From contig JBBAPZ010000017.1 of NCBI GenBank assembly GCA_040400605.1, positions 2,903 to 66,902 of the forward strand: a stretch of DNA of 64,000 bases, given 5' to 3'. The notes below the pieces were generated by a model, which ran no database searches, was not told where the DNA came from, and saw only the letters and a program-made list of their open reading frames with translations. The position numbers and the translations under genes are program-made. How positions within the stretch are numbered: the stretch's first letter is position 1; the number at the start of each line of letters is the position of its first letter. Positions 20,273-29,931 of this stretch are shown piece by piece. Source of the stretch: Candidatus Sericytochromatia bacterium (lineage in GTDB: Bacteria > Cyanobacteriota > Sericytochromatia > S15B-MN24 > JAQBPE01).

Positions 20273-21490
20273 ATGGCCACGTTAAACGTGTCTTATCCTG
20301 CTACTCAGGCGGACTGGGAAAAATTGATGGCGTTTGCCAAGCTTGTCCGTCCGCAGGATTCCGAGGGTCATTTTTTACATCAATTTCGTGAACGCCCGGA
20401 TCTCTCCGCGACTGACCACGCATTGTTGCTCGAAGATGACCAAATCATCGCAACGACTTCAATGGTGCCCCATCGGCACTATTTTGGCGATGGGGAACTC
20501 GAAGTCGGTGAATTGACCATGATGGCCACACACCCTGAGCGACGCCTGGAAGGACACGCCCGTCGTTTATATGAGCATTGGCTGGATGAAGCCCAGTCGC
20601 GCAATTATGCATATCTGTACATGTATGGCCCTGCGCGGGTGTATGAGACCATGGGTTTCGTGGCTTCTGCACCTGCCCATCACTTCCCGGTCATGCAAAT
20701 GAGCCGCGAGGTGCTCACCTCGGTCATGTCACCCTATCGGGTGCGCCCCTTGATCAAATCAGATTGTTCGATGCTGGAGGAGTTGTATGACCTCGCCAAT
20801 TGTCGAACGCCGATGGCAGAAGTTCGGTCACCCGCCTACTGGACCTATCGGTTGTCACAGACTCATCGTGACGGCTTTGGCTGGTGGGTGGTCGTGGATG
20901 AAAACAATATCCCACAAGGTTATGCGTGGGCGGATCTCCCCCACGCACGCCTGCGCGAAGTCATAGCCGGCAACGAAGAAGCCGCACGCGCCATCCTGCA
21001 ATGGATGCGCTGGGAATTGATGGAGCGCAAGTTACCCCATTTCACAGCCCAAGTGCCACTAAACCAACGTTTTGCCCAGTATGCAATCAAGGCAGGGGCA
21101 ATGGTCGCAAACCCCCACCATCACTACCCCGGAAACGGGTACGCCACCGTTAAACTACTGCGCCTGCAACCCCTGCTGCAAGCCCTCAAGACCGATTTTG
21201 AAAAACACCTCTGTGAGTCACACTATGCCGACAAAGGCTTTGATTTCACCTTTTTGATGGGCGATGAAGCAGTCAGTTTGCGCTGGTGGCGCCAACAACT
21301 TCGTATCGCACCCGGTTCGGTTGGACACGAGATTCGCCTGAACGAGACACAATGGGCACCTTTGCTCACCGGCTACCGTTCGATCAACGATTGCGAAAAC
21401 CTTGAGTTGACACCCGCGGAACGCCCCTTGATGAAAGTTCTTTTCCCAGGTGGCTACCCCCATATCTGGGATCTTGAGCACATCGATTGA
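20273..21490 (+). CDS. GNAT N-acetyltransferase, Eis-like (GNAT + SCP2-like C-terminal domain)
   Basis: GNAT motif A region followed by a C-terminal sterol-carrier-like domain. ~405 aa, typical of Eis-family enzymes. Confidence 0.65.
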   Translation: MATLNVSYPATQADWEKLMAFAKLVRPQDSEGHFLHQFRERPDLSATDHALLLEDDQIIATTSMVPHRHYFGDGELEVGELTMMATHPERRLEGHARRLYEHWLDEAQSRNYAYLYMYGPARVYETMGFVASAPAHHFPVMQMSREVLTSVMSPYRVRPLIKSDCSMLEELYDLANCRTPMAEVRSPAYWTYRLSQTHRDGFGWWVVVDENNIPQGYAWADLPHARLREVIAGNEEAARAILQWMRWELMERKLPHFTAQVPLNQRFAQYAIKAGAMVANPHHHYPGNGYATVKLLRLQPLLQALKTDFEKHLCESHYADKGFDFTFLMGDEAVSLRWWRQQLRIAPGSVGHEIRLNETQWAPLLTGYRSINDCENLELTPAERPLMKVLFPGGYPHIWDLEHID

Positions 21491-21776
21491 CATAGGGTTC
21501 CCCAACCACGAATGTGAAATGAGCAAAGCACAATAAAACATCAACACCATCGGCAAATCCAAACCCGCACACCGTTTTTGGTTGCCTGCATCGCTACCTG
21601 GGCCAAGCCTTCTGTTTGCCACTTCGCAAACACGGTTGTCATCACCCATTGAGCCTTTTTTATCATTTTTTTCCAGCGATGACGTTGTAGAATGTTTTAG
21701 ATGGGTATATTATGGGTAACTGGCATTATCTCTTTGTTTCGCGTGGTTTGCAGAAACCTTTGGGAAGGAGATGACC

Positions 21777-21947
21777 ATGAACATTGACAGTCTGGCATCC
21801 GCTGCAAGTCTTGAAAACACACGCTCCTTATTGACCTTCAAGACAGGACTCGACATTCAAAAGGCACAGATGGACCAAATCCTCCAGACGATGCCGGAAG
21901 CGCCAAAGCCTGCCCACTTGGGTCAAAACTTTGATGTTTATGCGTGA
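21777..21947 (+). CDS. YjfB-like putative motility protein (56 aa)
   Basis: Found manually because it is below the 60-aa track cutoff. GGAAGGAG RBS 6 nt upstream. The C-terminal HLGQNFDVYA resembles the HLGxNIDI signature of the YjfB motility family. Confidence 0.5.
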   Translation: MNIDSLASAASLENTRSLLTFKTGLDIQKAQMDQILQTMPEAPKPAHLGQNFDVYA

Positions 21948-21999
21948 ACGGTGTTTCGTTTCATTTGTGGGTTGATCCATGGCATGTAGTGCTCAAGTA

Positions 22000-22785
22000 A
22001 TGAAGATTTTTTTGGGTGTGGAATTATTGCTGGCATTGGGCGCATGTCGTCCCAAACCAGACAAAGCGGTTTCGCCGTCACCCTCCGCGCGTGTCGTGAT
22101 TCCAATCGGTGAACCGGTGGTGGTTTCAGGCATACCCAAGGTGACTTGCGAAGCGGTGCAGTCTTGGCAACAATCGAAGAAAAAGATGCTGCTGGTGGAT
22201 GTCCGTGCACGCGAACCATTTGATAGCGAGCACATCAGCGGTGCCGTCAATCGACCGTGGGCGGTGTTGAATGAGACGTCGACCGATCTTCCGCGTAATC
22301 ACCCCATCGTTTTTTACTGTGCGTGTCCGGATGACCACAGCAGCATTGGTGCGGCCGAGACAATGCGCGACAAACATGGTTACAGGAATGTTTACGTGAT
22401 GACCGGTGGTTTGCGAGAATGGCGTGAAAAAGGTTATCCGCTCACGCAGAAAAGACAGAAGATCAAAAGTGGTGCCGATCTATACGTGCAGCACTGCGCC
22501 GGCTGTCACGGCCTTGCGGGTCAAGGAATGAAAAATGAATACCCACCGCTGGCCAAAGATCCCATCATCAATGCACCGGACCCGGAAGGTGCCATTAACA
22601 TCACCCTGTATGGCTTGATGGGTCGCCCCATACAGGGTAAACGCTATGACGCGGCCATGCCGCATTTTCATCAATTACTGAATGATCACGAAGTCGCCAG
22701 CCTGTTGACACACGTGCGTACTCACTACGGTAACCAAGCCCGGGCCGTCACACCGGCAGACGTGCGCCGCCAACGCCTGCCTTAA
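22000..22785 (+). CDS. rhodanese-domain / mono-haem cytochrome c fusion lipoprotein
   Basis: Lipobox LALGAC. Rhodanese fold with active-site Cys (FYCACPDDHSS), then a CAGCH haem-binding motif with distal Met. The track ORF starts at 21979. Confidence 0.7.
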   Translation: MKIFLGVELLLALGACRPKPDKAVSPSPSARVVIPIGEPVVVSGIPKVTCEAVQSWQQSKKKMLLVDVRAREPFDSEHISGAVNRPWAVLNETSTDLPRNHPIVFYCACPDDHSSIGAAETMRDKHGYRNVYVMTGGLREWREKGYPLTQKRQKIKSGADLYVQHCAGCHGLAGQGMKNEYPPLAKDPIINAPDPEGAINITLYGLMGRPIQGKRYDAAMPHFHQLLNDHEVASLLTHVRTHYGNQARAVTPADVRRQRLP

Positions 22786-22931
22786 CCCAGCGATAACGGG
22801 CTGCCGTCAGGCCGTGTTCGTGACGATTGCTCGGTGAAGCGCAAAAAAGGCCCGATAGACAAGCACGCGCCACATTGATCACGTGCTACTCTATGCGGGC
22901 CCGATTCCGTCTCATTGCGACGGATCGTGGG

Positions 22932-23303
22932 TTACTTGCTGCGACGTCCTGTACGCGGTGTTTCAAGTACTACCGTTGTCTGCGCATCCGCGGCTGACAA
23001 CGTGCGATCACGCAACTGTTTGTAATACTGGGGATTCAGGTTCTCCCTCACACCCAACTCCTCCTGCTCAGCCTTCCACTCGCGATACTCAGTTCGCGTC
23101 ACACCTGCGGGCCAACCCACGCGAGTACTCGAAACACGCTTGCGACGCTTTCGGGTCACCGGTTCCATTTCAACATGAAAATGCTGATTATATATCGTCA
23201 TGATATCATTCCAAATTTTCGGAACATCTTCAATACGAGATTCCGGCTTTTTGATCAGCTCCGCCAAAATATCGAGCGCACGATCCTCAGAAATAGGCAT
23301 CAT
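22932..23303 (-). CDS. hypothetical basic protein in a low-GC islet
   Basis: 123 aa with an RKRRKR stretch. Local GC is clearly below the window average. Confidence 0.35.
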   Translation of the reverse strand: MMPISEDRALDILAELIKKPESRIEDVPKIWNDIMTIYNQHFHVEMEPVTRKRRKRVSSTRVGWPAGVTRTEYREWKAEQEELGVRENLNPQYYKQLRDRTLSAADAQTTVVLETPRTGRRSK

Positions 23304-23834
23304 TCAATCCTCCACTATCATTCTAAAACAAATAGACCATCACTCAATACGCATTTGAACAAAATATGTTTCTATAACGGTCATTTTAAAAATAAAAATC
23401 TTCAAAACGATCAGCCCGACAATCGCTGGTGTTTAAAATGACCAAAATTGATGATTGGGCCTTGCTACCAGTTTGACTGAAGATCCGAAAACGAAAAGCC
23501 AGCGTGTTGTTGCCCGCCTGGCTTTGAACCCGAAACGGGGTGATCGTTTTTTCCTCCGCGACAGTGCGGATGGCTCCCACAAGGCCGAAAAACCTAAGGT
23601 CATCGCCACGCATTCAATGACCTGCTATCCACCCTACATGGGTGAACCAGAAACTGGGCTTGAGGCATCATTAGGCGTCCATCAGATGATGGACAAGCAA
23701 GCGTCTTGATGTTACAGTGACGCGGAAGATGGTAGCCAGGCACCCTGGTTACGGTGGGTCAATCACAGTCATATTGGTTGTCGTAATCGAACTGAAACGT
23801 CGCAAGTTCCTAATTTCAATTGCAGCCGACCCAC

Positions 23835-23880
23835 ACTGGGGCCCCCTTTATAGAGGGCCCCACCATCTTTTTTAAAGATA
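23835..23880 (+). terminator. orphan plus-strand Rho-independent terminator in a gene-poor low-GC region
   Basis: TGGGGCCC-CCTTTATAGA-GGGCCCCA hairpin followed by CCATCTTTTTT. No credible + strand CDS lies upstream. Confidence 0.45.
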
Positions 23881-24097
23881 CCCAGCCTATACCGTTAAAC
23901 AGGGAGTCTGGCAGAACCACCTGGGTTGGCAACCAATTCTTGGGTTGGATCTGACCACAAACCCCTGTTTCCAGGGTGCAAGCACATCGACGAGAGAATT
24001 TCAGACTGACAAGGGACGCACCATTGTATAAACAGTGCGCATAACGAAATCCTGGAAATCAAAAAACACAATCATCGTAAAAGATATTCGAGACGCA

Positions 24098-24135
24098 CAA
24101 AAAAGGCTGCCTCATACGAGGCAGCCAACCTTGAT
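24098..24135 (-). terminator. Rho-independent terminator for the lipoprotein gene 24144-24578
   Basis: On the minus strand, the hairpin GGCTGCCTCGTATGAGGCAGCC is followed by TTTTTTGTG, 10 nt after the stop. Confidence 0.6.
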
Positions 24136-24143
24136 AAGAACGA

Positions 24144-24578
24144 TTACTTGGCGGAAGGCGAAGCAGAAGGAGCCGGGGTGCTGGTACCCTTCTTCGCCTT
24201 GTAAATGTCAACGGCGCCCTTCCAGAAAGACTGGAAGCAAGGCCAATCCGCAACCTTCGCTTCCATGTCGCCAATTGCCTTGGTGACCGCGGCTTCATCC
24301 TTCAATGATTCCCAATCCTTAGGCAAGCGCTGATTGTTGTAAGCGCCCATCTCCTTGGTACCAACCGTGAATACGGCAGGCGGCGTCCGCGTGCAACCCG
24401 TTGCAGGATCCACCACACTAGGCGCTGCACTGGGCAAGGCTGACGCGCCCGCTATCGGTTGCGGATTCAACAAGTCACCACCCGTCATACCCGGCACCTG
24501 TGCACCAGGACATCCCACCAACGACAAAGAAACGGCACAAACCGCCGCACCAACCAAGCCACGCAAAATCTGGGTCAT
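24144..24578 (-). CDS. hypothetical lipoprotein
   Basis: Signal peptide with LVGC lipobox, then a Pro/Ala linker and a small domain. The track ORF starts at 24602. Confidence 0.5.
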   Translation of the reverse strand: MTQILRGLVGAAVCAVSLSLVGCPGAQVPGMTGGDLLNPQPIAGASALPSAAPSVVDPATGCTRTPPAVFTVGTKEMGAYNNQRLPKDWESLKDEAAVTKAIGDMEAKVADWPCFQSFWKGAVDIYKAKKGTSTPAPSASPSAK

Positions 24579-24697
24579 ATCGTCATCCTTCCACTCTTGC
24601 AACGAGCAACCTGCGCAAAAAGCGACGTAGCGCTTGCATGCTAGGGCCTAATTAACCATGATGGTTAATTTATGTCAAGCGATCGCCCCAATACGAC

Positions 24698-25792
24698 CTA
24701 TTTGTTGAAGCGGTATTGGTGCACCGCCGGGGTGCGTTCATCAAGGATGAGCAGGAGCCCATCCTCATCAAGGCCAAGAACGCGACCAAATCCCACATCA
24801 CGCAAGTCAACAAGAATCGCCGCTTGACCGTCAAGCTTCACTTCAAGCTTATGCCCGGTTTTGAGGGTGTAGGTGATGCCGTTGATCGCATCACGCACTT
24901 CCGTCAGACGCTCAAACGACCCGCCTGTAGACTTCCCTTTAAACTGCCCCTGACTGTCAAAAGTCCAACGGCTCGTCCCATCTGACACCACGACCCGATT
25001 GTCAATAATGTCCAAGGTTTCAGCCGCCTTCGGTAAACCATTAAACAATCCACCCGTAATCTCACGCAGAACTGTTCCTGAACGCACATCCATCACAACA
25101 ACGGCCTTGCGATCAACCAGAAAACGATCACGCACTCCCAACACATAGATCTGTCCACCGGAGACCACCATCGCATCAACACTGGCGAATTTGAGCTTAT
25201 CCCACTTCCCTTGATAAACCAGTCCTGTCTTAACAGCAGGCGGCAGTGGCGACACGGAAGGCACAGGTGACGCGCTCGGGAGCGGCGAAGCCGTTAACGG
25301 CACCAACGTAAAAATCTTGTCTACCGTGGGAGCCGTGTTCGAAAACGTGATCACATAATTGATGATGGCGTCATACCCGCTCTTGCTCACTTCAACCGAC
25401 AACTGCGCATCCGTAATCCCCTTGAACTCAAACTCCCCCTTCTCATCCGCCATCATCGTCTGCGCCCCGATGCTCACGCGTGCGCCTGCCAAAGGCTTAT
25501 CCGCAGCATTCGTCACCACCCCACGAAACACGAAACCCGCGGACGCGACAGCAGAAGGCGAAGCCGACGGCAACACACTAGCCGCTGGAATGGGCGACAA
25601 TTCCGGAATTGACGCGGGGTCATCGAAACCAAACGCATCCGACTCACCGGGAGCAGGCACTGAATCAAAATCATCCGACGCTGCCATTCCGGAACCATCA
25701 TCCGGCACAACAGGTGGCAACGGCTGATTACCCCCACACGCAGCCAAAACAGCCAGCGTCACGACCAGGGTTGAAACACGCTTCCAGGGCAT
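24698..25792 (-). CDS. secreted lipoprotein with carboxypeptidase-regulatory-like (CarboxypepD_reg) domain
   Basis: LAACGG lipobox, a low-complexity linker, a FRGVVTNAADKPLAGARVSI...GEFEFKGI motif typical of CarboxypepD_reg, and a probable beta-rich C-terminal domain. Confidence 0.5.
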   Translation of the reverse strand: MPWKRVSTLVVTLAVLAACGGNQPLPPVVPDDGSGMAASDDFDSVPAPGESDAFGFDDPASIPELSPIPAASVLPSASPSAVASAGFVFRGVVTNAADKPLAGARVSIGAQTMMADEKGEFEFKGITDAQLSVEVSKSGYDAIINYVITFSNTAPTVDKIFTLVPLTASPLPSASPVPSVSPLPPAVKTGLVYQGKWDKLKFASVDAMVVSGGQIYVLGVRDRFLVDRKAVVVMDVRSGTVLREITGGLFNGLPKAAETLDIIDNRVVVSDGTSRWTFDSQGQFKGKSTGGSFERLTEVRDAINGITYTLKTGHKLEVKLDGQAAILVDLRDVGFGRVLGLDEDGLLLILDERTPAVHQYRFNK

Positions 25793-25921
25793 CGCCACTC
25801 TCCCGTCACCCACCATCAATAAACTGTTCATTGCGCAGCATGGGTGTTATAGGCGTTACGCAAACCAAAGTTGACTCAATCAAGACCAAGTATAGTTTAA
25901 ATCTTGGTAAAGATCATCCGT

Positions 25922-26015
25922 CAAGGCAGAGATTTCGCCCCGGTTGTGCTCAGCAACTTATGAACCTGCCGGAAGGCGTAACTGCTTGCAGTGGTTAAGC
26001 CTGTGACAGCAGCCA
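25922..26015 (+). ncRNA. conserved ~95-nt intergenic element, copy 1 (unknown function; candidate structured RNA or protein-binding site)
   Basis: AAGGCAGAGATTTCGCCCCGGTTG...CAGCAACTTATGAACCTGCCGGAAGGCGTAACTGCTTGCAGTGGTT is ~85% identical to 61497-61590. Potential helices are GGCAG/CTGCC and ACTGC/GCAGT. Confidence 0.35.
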
Positions 26016-26245
26016 TTCCCCCTCGGTTTGAGGATGTAATGGGCGGTCTATAGCTTTGGGAGTGAACGAATCAGCCCGGAATCAGACGGTTTGGGGTCGT
26101 GGGCCAGTGGCGTTTGCTTCCACTTGGTCACAAAGCCGATAAAAAAGTGAAATTGGCAAGGCATGCATAATATGCAGCTCAAAAATGAACGTTCCACGTT
26201 AGTCTATACTGTTTGTCATTGAGACACGGTGCAGGCCGCCTGTTT

Positions 26246-28087
26246 CTATTCGCTGACCGGGCCTTGCAGCAATTCATGAACGGTTTGCATTGAAGGCGCT
26301 GTTGTGTCTGTATCGCCTGACGCTTGCAAACCACGTACGATGGTGTCGATCCGGTGGGCGAGCAAGGCGAGATCAACGGCATCGGCAGCGCGTTGACGCT
26401 GCTGTTCGGCCTGATGGCTAAAAGACAGCACTTGGGCGGGATCGACCAAAGTTTGTTTGAGGGCGATCGCATTCAAGCGAGCCAGTTTGCCGCTCACCAA
26501 ATCGTGCGCCTGGGCATCGGCATCACGTTCATGCAAAGCAAGTTTGTCAGGCATCCGATGCCCATCGCCACGCAATGCCGGACGCTGCGACACCAAGGAA
26601 GCGTTCGAGGATGCCGCCGACAGTTGGAGGCTGTCTTGCTGCCAATCCAAGGTCGGCTGCTGTACGGGTTGTGCCCGTTGCCACGCTTGCCATGCAAGCT
26701 GTTTGGCAACCGGGTCTTTGGCATCTTGCCACTGCGCAAGCATTGAATTGGCACTCACCAGGCTGCGGTCGATCGCAAGCAGTTCATCCGGTGACGAGGC
26801 CGTATCACGCTTTTTCGCCAAATCGGCCAAAAAGGCTTTAAATGCCTTCGCCTGCTCGGGTGACGCTTCAGCCAACACACGATCACCCAAACGCTGGACC
26901 TGTGAATCCAAATGACGCTTCAAACGGGTCATTTGATCCATACGCGATACCAAACTGCCAGCCTCTTGCAACGCTTGATCCAACTGATTCTGACCGGCTA
27001 AATCCAATATCCGTTTCATGGCAGACTGAAACTCAGGCCCCTGTGCCCCGGTTTCAATCCCCTGCAACAACACCTGTTCCAGTTGCGCCAAGCGTTTGCG
27101 ATCGCCCCCCGCCGGCAACCGCGCCCCCAAGTCAGCCACCCCCTGCATCGCCTGCATCGACAACTCAAAACCCGTGCGAAGCTGCCCACGTAACCCGGCA
27201 TCCGGCACCCGGTCTAACAAATCACTGACAACTGGTCCAAAATCACGCATTAACCGGCGATAAGCCAAAGAACCTGGCTCCAGGCCATGGAAACGCCGTG
27301 AAATCTCTAACGCACGCGCCCCGAGCGACTCAATGGCATTCAGGTCATCCAGCGACTGCGCGCCACCAATCGCCGCCTGCAACCACTGCCCCATCTGCGC
27401 TAACAAACGTCCCGCAGGACCCGGCAAACCATTACCCGTCAACGCCTCGCTCTGCTTCCGAAGGCGCAAAAGTACCTTGTCTGCCTCATTGAGAAAACGC
27501 TCAGCAGTACCCAACAAGGCCTGCGCTGCAGCGAAATCACCTTGACGCGCACTGTCGAATGCGCGATGCAAATAAGCGCCCACCACACGTTGAAGCTCCG
27601 GGCTTGGAATGTGAGCGATGCGCTGCGAAAGCGCTGTCATCCAATCACGCAACTGTGTCAGTTTTTTGCGATCGTTGGGCGATCGCACAGCAGCCAGCAT
27701 AGCTGTCCACTCAAAATCAAACGCAATGTTCCCGGTCATCAACCGCTCAAGCGCAGCATCATTGGTCTTGGCAGCACGCGTTGACATCGCCAACGACCAC
27801 ATCCTCAAAACGCGCCGACGCTTCTCAGCTTCAGGATCGTTGATGTTGCCCCAATCCGCCACCGGCAACGGCAATGGTTGCGGCTCAGGCGACCCGACCG
27901 TGTAACGCGACATTAAAGCGCCTTGGCCATTGAAGACTTCAATGCGTCTGATCACGCAAAACCCTCCCACAAGGTCAAATCGGCCTTCGACAGCCTGATC
28001 AAAATTCCCGAAAGCCTTACCCCGGTCTGATCCTGAATACCGGAATCGTTCCTCAAAACCGGCTGTCAGGCGTTGTAAAAAAGTCAA
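26246..28087 (-). CDS. large hypothetical alpha-helical protein
   Basis: 613-aa Ala/Leu/Gln-rich ORF with coherent coding statistics and no recognisable domain. Confidence 0.5.
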   Translation of the reverse strand: MTFLQRLTAGFEERFRYSGSDRGKAFGNFDQAVEGRFDLVGGFCVIRRIEVFNGQGALMSRYTVGSPEPQPLPLPVADWGNINDPEAEKRRRVLRMWSLAMSTRAAKTNDAALERLMTGNIAFDFEWTAMLAAVRSPNDRKKLTQLRDWMTALSQRIAHIPSPELQRVVGAYLHRAFDSARQGDFAAAQALLGTAERFLNEADKVLLRLRKQSEALTGNGLPGPAGRLLAQMGQWLQAAIGGAQSLDDLNAIESLGARALEISRRFHGLEPGSLAYRRLMRDFGPVVSDLLDRVPDAGLRGQLRTGFELSMQAMQGVADLGARLPAGGDRKRLAQLEQVLLQGIETGAQGPEFQSAMKRILDLAGQNQLDQALQEAGSLVSRMDQMTRLKRHLDSQVQRLGDRVLAEASPEQAKAFKAFLADLAKKRDTASSPDELLAIDRSLVSANSMLAQWQDAKDPVAKQLAWQAWQRAQPVQQPTLDWQQDSLQLSAASSNASLVSQRPALRGDGHRMPDKLALHERDADAQAHDLVSGKLARLNAIALKQTLVDPAQVLSFSHQAEQQRQRAADAVDLALLAHRIDTIVRGLQASGDTDTTAPSMQTVHELLQGPVSE

Positions 28088-28462
28088 TCAAAACAAGCGT
28101 AAAAAAAACCGTTTCTGTTATTCAGTCACAACGCCATCATCGAACAAACATCAAACGTCATCGTCGTTCCATCGTTGATTTCACTTGCGACATTCAACAA
28201 ACATTTAAAAATACAAAATGTACAGACAATAAACGCTAAACCGATAATTGACGGTTTGCCTGACAAAATCGTGGAAGTTTGGTGACGGCCTTGAACACCA
28301 GACAGCAACACTGTGGTTGGTGATCTCACGTTTGATTGAAGCGAAACATCAACGTGGCTTCTGGCATCGACGCACGGAAGCTGAAAAAATTGTGGCACGG
28401 AAGCGATGTGCCGCGGCATCACACGAATTCGCGCACAAAATGCATCCTCGGACTCGCAGCAC

Positions 28463-28590
28463 GAATGATGCGGAAACGCGGTTCTTGGTGATCAAATTTT
28501 AGCAATTGTTCATTAACAAGGCGTGAGTGCCTGATACTTTTGAGTTTGCCACACAAATTTTGAACAGAAACCAAGGTGTCACTGTATAGC
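28463..28590 (-). mobile_element. MITE-like repeat family copy B (inverted orientation)
   Basis: Reverse complement reads CTATACAGTGACACCTTGGTTTCTGTTCAAAATTTGTGTGGCAAACTCAAAAGTATCAGGCACTCACGCC...GATCACCAAGAACCGCGTTTCCGCATC. Confidence 0.6.
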
Positions 28591-28684
28591 ACCACCAAGG
28601 ATGGTGGGTCTCCCCCTGTTTGGCTGTGACGACCTAACGCGTGTCGGCGAAACAAAGTGATCAGCGGCATGCTACGATAAACGC

Positions 28685-29527
28685 ATGTCAGATGCGATTT
28701 GGCGCCCATTGAATCAAATCGATCCCCACTTTGTCAAAGCGGCGTTAGCCGCCAATCCCGTGCGCGCGTGCGCACTGCTCGACGCCCTGCGGATTGGGGA
28801 AGCAATGGGCTTTTTGCATCTGTTGGACATGGAGGTGCTGACCGTCCAGGATGAAATCAAGGCGGTGGTTTGGTATGACAACTGGCTGAAACCGTGGGTT
28901 GCAGGCACCAACTGGATCCCGGATTTGGCCAAACATGCGGCGGATCGCTTCGCGCCGATACAACAGATTCATGGTCCCGCTGACACGGTGGAGGGGTTGG
29001 CGCTTGCGTGGTCACTGGGCGCACCGCACCAACAACAACGCTTTTTGATTTACGAAATGAACAGCGACTACCTGAATGCCCATGTCGATGCCGAAGGATG
29101 CCGTCCGGCGCGCACTGACGAACTGCTGACCATCGCCAAACAAGAAGCCGTGATGATTTTTGAAGAAACCGGTATCAACCCCATGGATTCAGATGCTCAT
29201 CCCCATCTGATGCGGGTGGCTCGCGGGATCGATGAGCAACGCTACCACGTACTGGAAGTCGATGGCGTGATCCGCTTCCAGTTGGCTCTGGACTCGTTTG
29301 GTGATAATTGGGGCGAACTGGCCTACGGATTCACACCAACAGCATTCAGAAAGCAGGGGTATGCAGCCAGAGGGCTTGGCGGTATCAGCAAACAACTGCT
29401 GCAACGGTTGCCCATCCTGTTTGGCAGGGTGCGACCCGAAAACCTGGCAGCCAGAGCGATGCACGGACGTGTCAACTCACACCTCAGAAACTGGGAATAC
29501 TTAGAGGCCAGCTGGCGCCCAATATGA
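28685..29527 (+). CDS. hypothetical protein, possible GNAT-like C-terminal domain
   Basis: The C-terminal FRKQGYAARGLGGISKQLL resembles GNAT motif A. Weak. Confidence 0.4.
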   Translation: MSDAIWRPLNQIDPHFVKAALAANPVRACALLDALRIGEAMGFLHLLDMEVLTVQDEIKAVVWYDNWLKPWVAGTNWIPDLAKHAADRFAPIQQIHGPADTVEGLALAWSLGAPHQQQRFLIYEMNSDYLNAHVDAEGCRPARTDELLTIAKQEAVMIFEETGINPMDSDAHPHLMRVARGIDEQRYHVLEVDGVIRFQLALDSFGDNWGELAYGFTPTAFRKQGYAARGLGGISKQLLQRLPILFGRVRPENLAARAMHGRVNSHLRNWEYLEASWRPI

Positions 29528-29602
29528 CGCGTCTGCGACACGTCATCGAGCCAAATCGTGCCGCTGCGTATAGATCGTTGCCTGTTCGACACTTCAACCA
29601 AT

Positions 29603-29728
29603 CGATTACACCGTGACGAATGGGTTTTTGTTCAAACATTGTGTAGCAAACTTAAAACATCAGGCGCTGACTCGCTGTTGTCGACCATCCGCAAAGATTT
29701 AATCGCCAATCAACGCGTTTCTGTATCG
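29603..29728 (+). mobile_element. MITE-like repeat family copy C
   Basis: CGATTACACCGTGACGAATGGGTTTTTGTTCAAACATTGTGTAGCAAACTTAAAACATCAGGCGCTGACTCGCTGTTG...CCAATCAACGCGTTTCTGTATCG. Confidence 0.65.
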
Positions 29729-29931
29729 TGATTCAAACAGCGTTGTAATACTTGTTTGAGTTTACTTCGCCTGCAAATCAAAACAGTCCGTTTTGCGGAT
29801 CGGATATTTTTCAGTGGCAAAACTATCACTTGATTCTCAGGAATTCGTGCGGTGAACGGTCGAACACCTTTTCAAGCAAGCTCAGACAGGCATCACAACA
29901 GCACGCCCAATCGTTTCGAGCCGAACAGGCG

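Noticed and set aside
25832-26245. Possible cobalamin riboswitch upstream of the minus-strand gene 24698-25792 (GCCACTGG on the minus strand at ~26110)
   Set aside because: Only an isolated B12-box-like heptamer. The conserved AGGGAA/GGTGAAA-TCC core and the GGGAAGGC element following the B12 box are absent.
26324-27228. Several 60-150-aa plus-strand ORFs
   Set aside because: All lie antisense within the 613-aa minus-strand gene and show Arg/Cys-rich junk composition.
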